From an uncultured Chloroflexia bacterium (GTDB lineage: Bacteria; Chloroflexota; Limnocylindria; Limnocylindrales; CSP1-4), in contig CAVQJC010000010.1 in the NCBI GenBank assembly GCA_963712745.1, positions 1 through 64,000 of the forward strand: 64,000 nt of DNA, read 5' to 3'. The notes beneath the pieces are model-generated. The model did not search any database. It had not been told where the DNA came from and saw only the letters and a program-made list of their open reading frames with translations. The stretch's first letter is position 1; each line of letters begins with the position of its first letter. The position numbers were made by a program, and so were the translations under genes. Positions 10,182 to 21,053 of this stretch are shown one piece after another.

Positions 10182-13100
10182 ATGAAGCGGAACGGTGAAC
10201 GGACGGGCGAGACTGGCGAGCGCCACTCGACCGGCTTTCCGGCCGACCCTCAGTGGTACAAGGACGCCATCATCTACGAGGTGCCTGTCCGAGCCTTCCA
10301 GGACAGCACCGGCGACGGCATCGGCGACTTCCGAGGGCTGACCTCGCGGCTCGACTATCTGGCCGACCTGGGCGTAACCACCGTCTGGCTGCTGCCGTTC
10401 TACCCCTCGCCCGGACGCGACGACGGCTACGACATCGCCGACTATGGCAGCGTCAACCCCGACTACGGCACACTGCGCGATGTCCGCGCCTTCATCCGCG
10501 AGGCGCACCAGCGCGACCTGCGCGTGGTCACCGAGCTCGTCTTCAACCACACCTCCGACCAGCACCCCTGGTTCCAGCGGGCCCGCAAGGCCGCCCCCGG
10601 CTCCACGGAACGGAACTGGTACGTGTGGAGCGACACCCCCGAGCGGTACCCCGACGCGCGCATCATCTTCAAGGATTTCGAGGTCTCCAACTGGTCCTGG
10701 GATCCGGTCGCGGGTGCCTACTTCTGGCACCGCTTCTACAGCCACCAGCCAGACCTCAACTTCGATGAGCCTCGCGTGCAGGAGGCCCTGCTCAAGGTCA
10801 CCGACTTCTGGCTGGAGGCGGGAGTCGACGGACTGCGCCTCGACGCCATCCCGTACCTCTACGAGCGGGACGGGACCACCGGCGAGAACCTGCCAGAGAC
10901 GCACGCCTTCCTCAAGGCGCTCCGCGCCCACGTCGACGAACGCTTCGCCGATCGCATGCTCCTGGCCGAGGCCAACCAGTGGCCGGAGGACTCGGTGGCC
11001 TACTTCGGTGACGGTCCCGGCGACGAGTGCCACATGGCCTTCCACTTCCCGCTCATGCCGCGCATGTTCATGGCCCTGCGCATGGAAGACCGCTTCCCCA
11101 TCCTCGACATCCTGGAGCAGACGCCGGACCTGCCCCAGACCGGCCAGTGGGCGCTGTTCCTGCGCAACCACGACGAGCTCACGCTCGAGATGGTCACCGA
11201 CGAGGAGCGTGACTACATGTACCGGGTCTATGCGGCCGACCCGCAGGCGCGCATCAACCTCGGCATCCGTCGCCGGCTGGCCCCACTCCTGGGCAACAAC
11301 CGCCGCCGCATCGAGCTCATGAACGGGCTGCTCTTCAGCCTGCCAGGTACGCCGGTCATCTACTACGGTGACGAGATCGGCATGGGCGACAACGTCTACG
11401 TCGGTGACCGCAACGGCGTGCGTACGCCGATGCAGTGGTCCTCGGACCGCAACGCCGGCTTCAGCTCCGCCAATCGTCAGCGACTGTACCTGCCCGTCAT
11501 CATCGATCCCGAGTATCACTACGAGGCGGTGAACGTCGAGGCCCAGCAGGCCAACCCGCAGTCGCTGCTGTGGTGGATGAAGCGCGTCATCGCGCTGCGC
11601 AAGAAGCATCCCGCCTTCGGCCGGGGCAGCCTCCAGTTCCTCCATCCGGACAACCGGCGCATCCTGGCCTTCGTGCGCGAGCATCCCGACGAGACCATCC
11701 TGGTGGTGGCCAACCTCTCGCGCTACGCCCAGTGGACCGAGCTGCCGCTGGCCGACTACGAGGGCCGCGTGCCGGTGGAGCTCTTCGGCTCGGTCGAGTT
11801 CCCGCGCATCGGCAGCGATCCCTACCTCATCAGCCTGGGCCCGCACTCCTTCCTCTGGTTCCGCCTGGCGGCCGATCCGGTCGCCGCCGAGCTCGCGCCG
11901 GGCGGCGCCGACCTGCCCGAGCTGGCCTGGCGCGGTGACCTTGCAGCCCGGCTCAAGCGCTCATCGGACGAGGTCGCCGAGGTGCTGCTGCGCTGGGTGG
12001 TCGCGCGCCGCTGGTACCGCGGCGACAAGCACCCGGTGGCTCGCGCGCAGGTGACCGATGTCGTGGCCATCCCCTCCGACCCGCCGGCGGTGCTGACCTT
12101 CCTGCAGGTGCAGTACCGCGATACCGAGCCCTCCACCTATGTGCTCCCCCTCACCACCGACGAGCACCTCGACGCCGACGAGCTGCTCGCGAGCTGGCCA
12201 GACGCGGCGGTCGCGCGGCTGGTCGGCGACGCGGGCGCGTGCCGTCTCATCGACGGCAGTGTCGTGCCCGGGGTCTTCGAGACCCTGCTGGGTATCGTCA
12301 CCAAGCGGCGCCGCATCAAGGATTCCCACGGAGACCTCGTGGGGCACGCCTTCGGGGGTCTTAAGGCGCACCTCGCCGGGTTGTCGGGAAGGGACCTCGC
12401 GGTGGCCCCCCTCCGCGAGCAGCCCACGTTGTCCAACAGCAGCGCCGCCTTCGGGCAATACCTGATGCTCAAGCTCTACCGCGTGCTCGAGGACGGCCCC
12501 AATCCCGACACCGAGATCGGCCGCTACCTCGGCAGGGCGGGCTTCGCCAATGTCCCGCGCGTGCTCGGATCGGTGGAGATCGGCCGCGGCCGCGGCGCCG
12601 CCACCATGGCCATGGTGCAGGCCTACGTGCCGCACGAGGGCAACATGTGGGAAACGATGCGTGAAGCGGTGGGCGCCTTCCTGCACGATGCCGAGGCCGA
12701 GTCGGAGCCGCCGGAGCTGGCGCTTGACAGCGACCGCTTCTTCCTCGACATCTCCAGTCGGACGGTACCCGCGCGCATGGCTACGCGTATCGGGGCGCCT
12801 CTCGAGACCGCCCGGGTGCTGGGCGAACGGCTGGGCCGCATGCACGTGCTGCTGGCCGCTGCCGACCCCACGGACCCTGACTTCGCTCCCGAGCCGATGT
12901 CGTCGTTCCACGTGCGCGCGCTCCATCAATCGGTGCGCCGCCGCGTGAACGACGCCCTCGAGTTGCTCGAGGAACGACGGGAGTCGCTGCCGCACCGTGA
13001 CCAGGAGGCCGCCCGGGTCGTGCTCAAGGCCACCCCCCGGGTCGACGAGCTGCTGGCCCGCCTGCGCGAGCTGCCCACCGAGGGTCGGCGTATCCGGGTA

Positions 13101-13568
13101 CACGGAGACCTGCACCTGGGCCAGGTGCTCGACACGGGCAACGACGTGGTCATCGTGGACTTCGAAGGCGACACGGGCCGGCCGCTGAGTGAGCGACGAC
13201 TGAAGCGCCCGGCGCTGACCGACCTGGCCAGCCTGGTGCGCTCGTTCCACTTCGCTGCCCACTGGCCGCGCGTGGAACGCGAGCTGCTCAGCGAGGGAGC
13301 GGTGGAAGCCGACGGGCTGGCTGCCTGGTCGACGGCCTGGTTCCAGTGGGTGTCGGCGGCCTGCGTCCGGGGCTACCGCGAGGCCACCGTCGGAACGGAC
13401 TTCAACCCCACCGACGATGACCCCTGGTCGGTGCTCTTCAAGGCCCTGCTCGTCTCGCGGGCCTGCGACGAGCTGACATCGCGGCTGGGCTCACGCTCCG
13501 ACTGGCTGGGCATCCCCCTGGCCGGACTCGACGAGTTGCTGGGCAGGGAAGGGGAGACGACGGCCTAG
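10182..13568 (+). CDS. treS: Trehalose synthase TreS fused to a maltokinase (Mak/Pep2)-like domain
   Basis: WYKDAIIYE, DGLRLDA, LAEANQW and FLRNHDELTLEMV. C-terminal kinase motifs LKLYR..E.G.NPD.EI and HGDLHLGQVL..DFEG. Confidence 0.95.
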   Translation: MKRNGERTGETGERHSTGFPADPQWYKDAIIYEVPVRAFQDSTGDGIGDFRGLTSRLDYLADLGVTTVWLLPFYPSPGRDDGYDIADYGSVNPDYGTLRDVRAFIREAHQRDLRVVTELVFNHTSDQHPWFQRARKAAPGSTERNWYVWSDTPERYPDARIIFKDFEVSNWSWDPVAGAYFWHRFYSHQPDLNFDEPRVQEALLKVTDFWLEAGVDGLRLDAIPYLYERDGTTGENLPETHAFLKALRAHVDERFADRMLLAEANQWPEDSVAYFGDGPGDECHMAFHFPLMPRMFMALRMEDRFPILDILEQTPDLPQTGQWALFLRNHDELTLEMVTDEERDYMYRVYAADPQARINLGIRRRLAPLLGNNRRRIELMNGLLFSLPGTPVIYYGDEIGMGDNVYVGDRNGVRTPMQWSSDRNAGFSSANRQRLYLPVIIDPEYHYEAVNVEAQQANPQSLLWWMKRVIALRKKHPAFGRGSLQFLHPDNRRILAFVREHPDETILVVANLSRYAQWTELPLADYEGRVPVELFGSVEFPRIGSDPYLISLGPHSFLWFRLAADPVAAELAPGGADLPELAWRGDLAARLKRSSDEVAEVLLRWVVARRWYRGDKHPVARAQVTDVVAIPSDPPAVLTFLQVQYRDTEPSTYVLPLTTDEHLDADELLASWPDAAVARLVGDAGACRLIDGSVVPGVFETLLGIVTKRRRIKDSHGDLVGHAFGGLKAHLAGLSGRDLAVAPLREQPTLSNSSAAFGQYLMLKLYRVLEDGPNPDTEIGRYLGRAGFANVPRVLGSVEIGRGRGAATMAMVQAYVPHEGNMWETMREAVGAFLHDAEAESEPPELALDSDRFFLDISSRTVPARMATRIGAPLETARVLGERLGRMHVLLAAADPTDPDFAPEPMSSFHVRALHQSVRRRVNDALELLEERRESLPHRDQEAARVVLKATPRVDELLARLRELPTEGRRIRVHGDLHLGQVLDTGNDVVIVDFEGDTGRPLSERRLKRPALTDLASLVRSFHFAAHWPRVERELLSEGAVEADGLAAWSTAWFQWVSAACVRGYREATVGTDFNPTDDDPWSVLFKALLVSRACDELTSRLGSRSDWLGIPLAGLDELLGREGETTA

Positions 13569-13682
13569 GCGCGGCACCTGCTGTACGATCGGAGCCGGCT
13601 GAGGATCGTGGTCCCAGCGTCGCCCAGGCGCCTCTCGACCTTCGCGGTGCGAGGGGCGTTCACTTCGATCAGGAGTAGCCAG

Positions 13683-15539
13683 ATGAGCGCAGATGAGCGC
13701 GCCGCCGACAGCGCCAAGGCAGGCCGCGAGGACGAGCTCGAGTTCCAGGCCCCTGAGAGGGGTTCCGCCGACGAGCTGCTCGATGCCGGCGCGCACGACC
13801 CGCTCGACCCCATGCGTCATTCGGCTGCGCACATCATGGCCGAGGCGGTCATCGACCTCTTCCCCGAGACCAGGCTGGGTATCGGTCCCGCCATCAAGGA
13901 CGGCTTCTACTACGACTTCGAGCTTCCCCGGGCTCTCACACCGCAGGACCTCAAGGCCATCGAGAAGCGGATGCACAAGTCGGTCAACAAGGACCACTCC
14001 TTCGAGCGGCGGGAGTGGGACCCGGACGAAGGGCGGGCCATGCTCGCGGCGGCCGGCCAGGACTACAAGGTGGAGATCCTCGATGACCTGCGCGCGGCGG
14101 CCGAAGCCGCCGGCGAACCTACGCCGCCGGTCTCGACGTACTCGCACGGCCCTTTCACCGACCTCTGCCGCGGGCCTCACGTCGAGTCGACCGGCAAGCT
14201 GGGTCCATTCAAGCTGCTCAAGGTCTCGGGCGCCTACTGGCGCGGCGACGAGAAGCGCCCGATGCTCCAGCGCATCTACGGCACCGTGTGGTCGACGCAG
14301 GATGAGCTCGACCTGTACCTGTGGCGACTGGCGGAGGCGAAGAAACGTGACCACCGACGCCTGGGGGTAGCGCTGGACCTCTTCAGCTTCCATGACGTCA
14401 GCCCCGGATCGGCCTTCTGGCACCCCAAGGGCCAGCGACTGTGGCGCACCCTCGAGACCGCCGTGCGAGAGCTCCAGGACCGGCGCGGCTACCAGGAGGT
14501 CAGCACGCCCATCCTGGTGCACAAGAAGCTGTGGGAGCAGTCCGGGCACTGGGACCACTACGACGACAACATGTTCAAGATGGAGTCCGAGGAGCAGACG
14601 TTCTCGCTCAAGCCGATGAACTGCCCCGAGTCGACGATCATCTACCGCACCAAGGTGCGCTCGTACCGCGACTTCCCGCTGCGGCTGTCGGAGTTCGGCC
14701 GACTGCACCGCAACGAGCGCTCGGGCACCCTGTCGGGCCTCACCCGCGTGCGTCAGTTCATCCAGGACGACGCGCACTGCTACGTCCGGCCTGACCAGCT
14801 CGACGACGAGGTCGAGGGCCTGCTGGGCGAGGTCAACGAGGTCTTCTCCTGGTTCGGCCTGGTGCCACGCTTCTCGTTCGCGACACGACCCGACAAGGCG
14901 CTCGGTGATCAGGCCCAGTGGGACCACGCTGAGGGGCTGATGGAAGCGGCGCTCGAACGGGCCGGCGTGGAGTACACGGTCAAGCCCAAGGACGGCACCT
15001 TCTACGCGCCCAAGATCGACATCTACGTCGACGACGCGCTTGGCCGCGAGTGGCAGATCTCGACCATCCAGGCTGACATGATGATGCTGCCCGAACGCTT
15101 CGACCTGACCTACATCGACGAGGACGGCCAGCAGCGGCGGCCCATCGCCGTACACCGCGCCATCTACGGCTCGTTCGAACGCTTCATCGGCATCATCATC
15201 GAGCACTTCGGGGGCGCCTTCCCGCTGTGGTGCTCACCGGTGCAGGCCGTGATCATCCCCATCGCGGATCGGCACATCGAGGCCGCACGCGAGCTCGAGA
15301 CCGTGCTCCGCGCCAGAAAGCTGTTCGTGGAGGTCGATGACAGCTCCAACCGCATGCAGAAGAAGATCAAGCTGGCCCAGGACCAGAAGATCCCCTACAT
15401 GCTCGTGCTGGGCGACCGCGAGGCCGAGGCACGCACCGCCGCCCCCCGCACGCGCAGCGGTGACCAGCTCGAGCCCATCGGCTGGGAAGAGCTGGCCGAT
15501 CAGCTCGCCGAAAAGGCCGCCAGCCGCCGTCCCGACTGA
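13683..15539 (+). CDS. thrS: Threonine--tRNA ligase
   Basis: RHSAAH, GPAIKDGFYYDF, DLCRGPH, RDHRRLG, KPMNCP and HRAIYGSFERF motifs. Confidence 0.97.
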   Translation: MSADERAADSAKAGREDELEFQAPERGSADELLDAGAHDPLDPMRHSAAHIMAEAVIDLFPETRLGIGPAIKDGFYYDFELPRALTPQDLKAIEKRMHKSVNKDHSFERREWDPDEGRAMLAAAGQDYKVEILDDLRAAAEAAGEPTPPVSTYSHGPFTDLCRGPHVESTGKLGPFKLLKVSGAYWRGDEKRPMLQRIYGTVWSTQDELDLYLWRLAEAKKRDHRRLGVALDLFSFHDVSPGSAFWHPKGQRLWRTLETAVRELQDRRGYQEVSTPILVHKKLWEQSGHWDHYDDNMFKMESEEQTFSLKPMNCPESTIIYRTKVRSYRDFPLRLSEFGRLHRNERSGTLSGLTRVRQFIQDDAHCYVRPDQLDDEVEGLLGEVNEVFSWFGLVPRFSFATRPDKALGDQAQWDHAEGLMEAALERAGVEYTVKPKDGTFYAPKIDIYVDDALGREWQISTIQADMMMLPERFDLTYIDEDGQQRRPIAVHRAIYGSFERFIGIIIEHFGGAFPLWCSPVQAVIIPIADRHIEAARELETVLRARKLFVEVDDSSNRMQKKIKLAQDQKIPYMLVLGDREAEARTAAPRTRSGDQLEPIGWEELADQLAEKAASRRPD

Positions 15540-15595
15540 GCTCCGCCCGAGCGTGGCCCGAGCGTGGCCGGCGGCCGCGGTGTGGAATCCTCGTG

Positions 15596-15604
15596 TGCTA
15601 TAGT
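15596..15604 (+). promoter_or_regulatory. Extended -10 promoter upstream of infC
   Basis: TG-C-TATAGT in the thrS-infC intergenic region. Confidence 0.5.
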
Positions 15605-15690
15605 CCGGCAGCGACCCGGGTAGGTCGTGGCCTTGTGTCGCGTCTGCGCGGAAGCGTGTTGATCGAATGATGTATCGGTGAGGGACTAGG

Positions 15691-16332
15691 CTGAGCAAGG
15701 ACCTGCGTATCAACGAGATGATCCGGATCCCCCAGGTACGGGTCATCGACGAAGAGGGGACACAGCTGGGTGTCATGCCCACGCCCAAGGCCCTACAACT
15801 GGCGCAGGAGCGCGGTTTCGACCTCGTCGAGGTCGCTCCCATGTCCAGCCCGCCGGTCACCAAGATCCTCGACTACGGCCAGTACAAGTACGAGCAGGCG
15901 CGCAAGGAGAAGGAAGCTCGCAAGCACCAGCGCTCGGTCGAGTTCAAGGAGGTTCGCCTCCGGGTCAAGATCGGCAAGGGTGACTTCGATACCAAGGTGA
16001 AGCGTGCCATCCGCTTCCTGTCGGATGGCGACCGGGTCAAGGTCGCCGTCCAGTTTCGTGGCCGCGAGGTCAGTCACGCCTACATCGGGCGCGACCTGCT
16101 CAACCGGTTCGCTGAGCAGGTGTCGGAATACGGGAGCGTCGACCGGCAGCCAGTGCTGGAAGGCCGGTCCATGTCGATGGTCCTGACCTCGACCCACAAG
16201 CCGATCACACAGCCCGACAAGGCTGAGGCGACGGCGAAGACAGAGAAGAGCAAACAGGCGGCGCCCGAGGCGGTCCCGCCGGTCGCGACGGAAGAGCCAG
16301 AGGCCTCTCCGGCGACAAGCACAGGAGGCTGA
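15691..16332 (+). CDS. infC: Translation initiation factor IF-3, probable CTG start
   Basis: LRINE.IR...VRVI..G.QLG and DLVEVAP..PPV.KI.DYG.YKYE. In-frame CTG at 15691 follows a GGTGAGGG RBS. Confidence 0.95.
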   Translation: MSKDLRINEMIRIPQVRVIDEEGTQLGVMPTPKALQLAQERGFDLVEVAPMSSPPVTKILDYGQYKYEQARKEKEARKHQRSVEFKEVRLRVKIGKGDFDTKVKRAIRFLSDGDRVKVAVQFRGREVSHAYIGRDLLNRFAEQVSEYGSVDRQPVLEGRSMSMVLTSTHKPITQPDKAEATAKTEKSKQAAPEAVPPVATEEPEASPATSTGG

Positions 16333-16337
16333 CGCCA

Positions 16338-16535
16338 GTGCCGAAGATGAAGAGCCACAAGGGTGCCCAGAAGCGTTTCGGCGCCACGGGCAGTGGCAAG
16401 ATCTACCGAGTCAAGTCCTGGCGCGGTCACCATCTCGAGATCAAGTCATCGCGACGCAAGCGTCGCTATGCCGGCAAGGTCACCGTTGACGGTTCCAGCA
16501 AGAACGCCGTCAAGCGGATGCTGCCGTACCTGTAG
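16338..16535 (+). CDS. rpmI: 50S ribosomal protein L35
   Basis: [14 protein letters not shown]; lies between infC and rplT. Confidence 0.95.
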   Translation: MPKMKSHKGAQKRFGATGSGKIYRVKSWRGHHLEIKSSRRKRRYAGKVTVDGSSKNAVKRMLPYL

Positions 16536-16551
16536 GAGTCACCACCGTCCA

Positions 16552-16902
16552 ATGGCACGAGTCAAGCGCGGCGTCGCCGCCCACAAGCGTCACAAGCGTC
16601 TCCTCAAGGCAGCCGAGGGCAAGACCGGAACGCATCGCCGGCTGATCCGCTCGGCCCGCGAAGCGCAGCTCCACGCGATGGCCTACGCCTACCGTGGCCG
16701 CAAGGAGCGCAAGCGCCAGATGCGCGCGCTCTGGATCGCCCGCATCAACGCGGCCGCGCGGCAGAACGGCACCACCTACGGCAAGCTCATGAGCGGCCTC
16801 AAGGCGGCAGGCGTCGAACTCGACCGCAAGAGCCTGGCCGACATCGGTGTCCGCGATGGGGCGACGTTCGCCCGCATCGCCGAGGTCGCCAAGTCCGCAT
16901 AG
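16552..16902 (+). CDS. rplT: 50S ribosomal protein L20
   Basis: [33 protein letters not shown] and LDRKSLA motifs. Confidence 0.97.
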   Translation: MARVKRGVAAHKRHKRLLKAAEGKTGTHRRLIRSAREAQLHAMAYAYRGRKERKRQMRALWIARINAAARQNGTTYGKLMSGLKAAGVELDRKSLADIGVRDGATFARIAEVAKSA

Positions 16903-16922
16903 CGACGAGCATCTAGCCCGTC

Positions 16923-17984
16923 GTGGACGTCGCCTCCTTCAGCGCCCAGCTCACGGAGCTGCAGGCGCGAGCCGTCGCATCCATCGCCGCCGCGGATTCA
17001 CCGGAGGCGCTCGAGGCCATCGAGGCAGGCATGCTCGGCCGCAAGGGCGAACTCAAAGGACTGCTGGGCGGTATCGGGCAGCTCCCCGCTGAGGACCGGC
17101 CCAAGGTCGGTGCGCTCGCCAATCCGGTGCGCAGCGCCATCGAGGAGGCGCTGGCGAAACGCCGCGTCGGCCTGGAGTCAGAGGCACTCGACGCCCGCCT
17201 GCTCGCGGAAGCCGAGGACGTCACGCTCCCGGGCCGCCCGCTATGGCGTGGCTCGCTCCACCCGTTGAGTGAGACCGAGAGCGAGATCGCGCGAATCTTC
17301 GGACAGTTCGGCTTCGTCGTCGTCGAAAGCCCGGAGGTCGAGAGCGACGAGCTCAACTTCCAGGCCCTCAACATCCCCGAGGACCACCCTGCGCGCGACC
17401 TCTGGGACACGATCTACGTCCGGCCGCCCGAGGGTGCCGCGGAGCGTGACGACCGGCTGCTGCTGCGCACCCACACCTCGCCCGGCCAGATCCGCGCCAT
17501 GCGCGACGCCGAGCCGCCGATCAGGGTGCTCACCCCCGGCCGCTGCTACCGCTACGAGGCGGTCGATGCCAGCCACGGCTTCGAGTTCTTCCAGATCGAG
17601 GGGCTGATGGTGGACGAGGGCACCACCATGGGCCACCTGCGCGGACTGCTCGACGCCTTCGCGCACGCCATGTTCGGTGCCGACCGCGACACGCGATTCC
17701 GCCCCGGCTACTACCCCTTCACCGAGCCCTCGGTGGCCTTTGACATCGGCTGTGTCGTGTGCGAGGGAGAGGGCTGCCCGGCCTGCAAGCGCACCGGCTG
17801 GATGACCATCCTCGGCGCCGGCATGGTCCACCCGGTGGTGCTCCGCAACGGCGGCATCGACCCCGAGCGATACCAGGGCTTCGCCTTTGGCATGGGCACG
17901 GACCGCATCGCCATGCTGCGCTACGCCATCACCGATATCCGCGCCTTCCTGGCCGACGACATGCGCTTCCTGGAGCGGCTGTAG
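16923..17984 (+). CDS. pheS: Phenylalanine--tRNA ligase alpha subunit
   Basis: NF.ALNIPEDHPARD, LRTHTSPGQ, YPFTEPS and GFAFGMG motifs. Confidence 0.97.
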   Translation: MDVASFSAQLTELQARAVASIAAADSPEALEAIEAGMLGRKGELKGLLGGIGQLPAEDRPKVGALANPVRSAIEEALAKRRVGLESEALDARLLAEAEDVTLPGRPLWRGSLHPLSETESEIARIFGQFGFVVVESPEVESDELNFQALNIPEDHPARDLWDTIYVRPPEGAAERDDRLLLRTHTSPGQIRAMRDAEPPIRVLTPGRCYRYEAVDASHGFEFFQIEGLMVDEGTTMGHLRGLLDAFAHAMFGADRDTRFRPGYYPFTEPSVAFDIGCVVCEGEGCPACKRTGWMTILGAGMVHPVVLRNGGIDPERYQGFAFGMGTDRIAMLRYAITDIRAFLADDMRFLERL

Positions 17985-20462
17985 TGCGTGTCCCGCTTTC
18001 GTGGCTCGGCGAGTTCGTCGACATCACGCTCACACCGGAGCAGCTGGCCGAACGGCTCACGCTGCTGGGCATGGAGGTCAGCGCCATCGAGCGCATCGGC
18101 TCCGACTGGCACCGCATCGTGGTGGGCGAACTGCTCGAGGTCGCCCCGCATCCCAACTCCGGCAAGCTCTCGCTCACGCGCGTGCGCACCGGCGATGGCG
18201 AGGCGGAGCTCTCGATCGTCTGCGGCGCGACCAACATCGAGGCCGGCCAGCGTGTGCCCGTGGCGATGCCCGGATCGGTGCTGCCCGGCGACCGCCGCAT
18301 CGACATCACCACCATCGCCGGCACCCAGAGCCAGGGCATGCTTTGCTCGGGTGACGAACTGGGCCTCACCAGCGATGCTGACGGCATCCTCATCCTGCCC
18401 GCGGATTCGCAGCTGGGCCTGGACATGGCCGTCATGGCTGGCGACGTCGTGCTGGACATCGACGTCAAGCCCAACCGTGGTGACGCACTCAGCATCCTCG
18501 GGCTCGCGCGCGAGGTCGCGGCGGCCACTGGTGCAGAGCTGCGACCGCCTGACCTGTCGGTCGCGGAGAGTGGGGATGCGACCGCCGACCACCTCCGGGT
18601 CGACGTCGTCGACCCGGACCTGTGCCCGGCCTTCGTGGGGCGCTACGTCGAAGGTGCCACGGTGGGACCCTCGCCCTGGGATGTGCAGCGGCGGCTCATC
18701 GCCGCCGGCGTCCGCCCCGTCTCCAACATCGTCGACGCCTCCAACTACGTGCTCATGGAGCTGGGCAAGCCCATCCACACCTTCGACGCCGACGCGGTCC
18801 ATGAGGGACACATCATCGTGCGTCGAGCCGCAGCCGGCGAGCGACTCGAGACCCTCGACCATGTCGAACGGGAGCTGACCGACGACACCCTGCTCATCGC
18901 CGATCCCGCGGGCCCGCTGGCCATCGCCGGCGTCATGGGCGGCGCCGCCAGCGAAGTCGGCGATGAGACCACCAACGTCATCATCGAGTCGGCCATCTTC
19001 GATCCGGTCAGCGTCCGCCGCACGGCCTTCCGCTACTCCCTGCGCAGCGAGGCCAGCCTCCGCTTCGAGAAGGGCCAGGAACACCGCTTGGCGCGGCTCG
19101 GCGCCGATCGCACGGCCGCGCTCATCCAGCGCTGGAGTGGGGGCCGGGTCGCGGTGGGGGCCATCGACACCCAGCCCCAGGCACCCGCGCAGGTCCGCAT
19201 CCCATTCCGCCCCTCTCGCGTCAGCCGGCTGCTGGGCGAGGACATCGGCGTCGATGAGCAGCGGGCCCAGCTCGAGCGCGTGGAGATCGCCACCGAGCCT
19301 GCGTCCGCGGGCGAGGCCATCCCGGTCATCGCCGGCGACGAACCCCTCGCCGTCCAGTGCACCGATGCCTCAGAGGCACTGGTCGCGCTCGTACCGGGAC
19401 ACCGCCGCGACCTGGCCATCGAGGCTGACATCATCGAGGAGATCGCCCGGGTCCGCGGCTACGACACCATCGCCGGTCAACTCCCGCACACGACCATGCC
19501 CGCCTACCGGCGCGACCCGCGGCTGTTGCTCGAGGAGCTGCGCAATACGCTGGCCGGGGCAGGCCTCTCCGAAGTCATCACCCACGGGCTGGTGGGGCCG
19601 GACGACCATGCCAGCCTTGGCTACGGGCCGGACGACCCCGACACCATCCGCGCTGCCAACCCCGTCACCGTCGACCACTCCGAGCTGCGACGCTCGATGA
19701 TCCCCGAACACCTGCGTGTCCTGGTCGAGAACGAGCGCCAGCGCACGCCCGACATCCACCTCTTCGAGATCGGTGCACTGCACCGATGGCAGGATGGAGA
19801 GCCGACTGAGCGACTCGTCATGGGCCTGCTCTTCGCCGGGCGCGAACGCCCGGTGACCCACGATCGCCCGCAGCTGCGCGCGGACGTGGCCACGGCCAAG
19901 GGTCTGCTCGAGCAGATCGACGGCCCGCCTGGTGTGGTGCCGCCTGGCCTACGAACCGGTGGAGCCGCGCGATGGCGTGGAGCATCCCGGCCGGACTGCC
20001 GCGGTGGTAGCCATCGCGCCCAACGGCGACAGCACCCTCGTCGGCCGAGTGGGCGAGTTGCATCCGCGTCTGCTGGAGCGCTATGAGGTCCGCGCTGACC
20101 ACGTCGTCTTTGCTGACATCCACCTCGACGCGTTCCAACGACTGGTGCCCGAGCGCCTCCGCGTGGGCCAACTCGAGCACCTGCCCGGCGTCGAGCGCGA
20201 CATCGCCGTGGTCGTGCCTGGCGGCCAGGCAGCCGGCGACGTCGAGGCCGTCATCCGCGCCCACGGCGGAACCCAGTTGCGAGCGGTCACCCTCTTCGAC
20301 CAGTATCGTGGCGCCCCGCTCGCCGACGACGAGAAGAGCCTGGCCTACAGGCTCCGTTTCGAGTCGGTCGACGGCGCCCTCGAGGAGGAAACGGTCGAAT
20401 CGGCGGTAGAGCGGGTGGTTATGGTGTTGTCCGAGCGACTTGGCGCCCGCCTGCGCGCCTGA
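17984..20462 (+). CDS. pheT: Phenylalanine--tRNA ligase beta subunit (apparent frameshift near 19920)
   Basis: VRVPLSWL, IVCGATN, PNRGDALS and SEASLRFEKG. The C-terminal HPGRTA/GELHP/FDX-ACB region continues in ORF 19932..20462. Confidence 0.95.
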
Positions 20463-20489
20463 TAGCGTTGCACCCATGAGGCGCCTGCC

Positions 20490-21053
20490 ATGACCATCGG
20501 CACGACCGATATCTTCCTCCTGGTCATCATCGTGTCCACCCTGGTGGTGGGCTTCTTCTGGGGAGCTGCCCGCAGCTTGCTGCTGCTCGCCGCGTGGGTG
20601 CTGGCCTTCCTGGTGGGGGCGTACCTGAAGGTCGAGCTGGGGTCATACCTGGCGCAGTACTGGGACAACTTCCCGCCGGCCTTCAACGACATGGCCGCCT
20701 TCGGGCTCATCTACATGGGCCTCCTGTTGGCAGCGCCGGTGATCATCGTGGTGGCCCTGCGCGGGAACCAGCACATCACCCAGTACCAGGTGCTTGACGA
20801 CCTGGTGGGTGCCTTCTTCGCGGTCCTCGTGGCCGTGCTCGGCATCGCCGGAGTGATCATCGTGCTGGCCACCTTCTACGGCACCGGCGACGACATCTTC
20901 GCGTCCACGGGCGGGCCGGACTGGACCGCTAACCTCTACGTGTCGCTGCTGGAGTCCAACATCGGCGAGGCCATCAACGAGCGGCTGGTGCCCTTCATCG
21001 GGTTCGTGCTCGGGCCCTTCCTGCCCCCCGATGTGCGCGAGGTCTTCGGTTGA
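20490..21053 (+). CDS. CvpA (colicin V production) family membrane protein
   Basis: D......GFFWG..R.L pattern, LDDLVGA.F motif, several TM segments; located near mutS2. Confidence 0.75.
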   Translation: MTIGTTDIFLLVIIVSTLVVGFFWGAARSLLLLAAWVLAFLVGAYLKVELGSYLAQYWDNFPPAFNDMAAFGLIYMGLLLAAPVIIVVALRGNQHITQYQVLDDLVGAFFAVLVAVLGIAGVIIVLATFYGTGDDIFASTGGPDWTANLYVSLLESNIGEAINERLVPFIGFVLGPFLPPDVREVFG

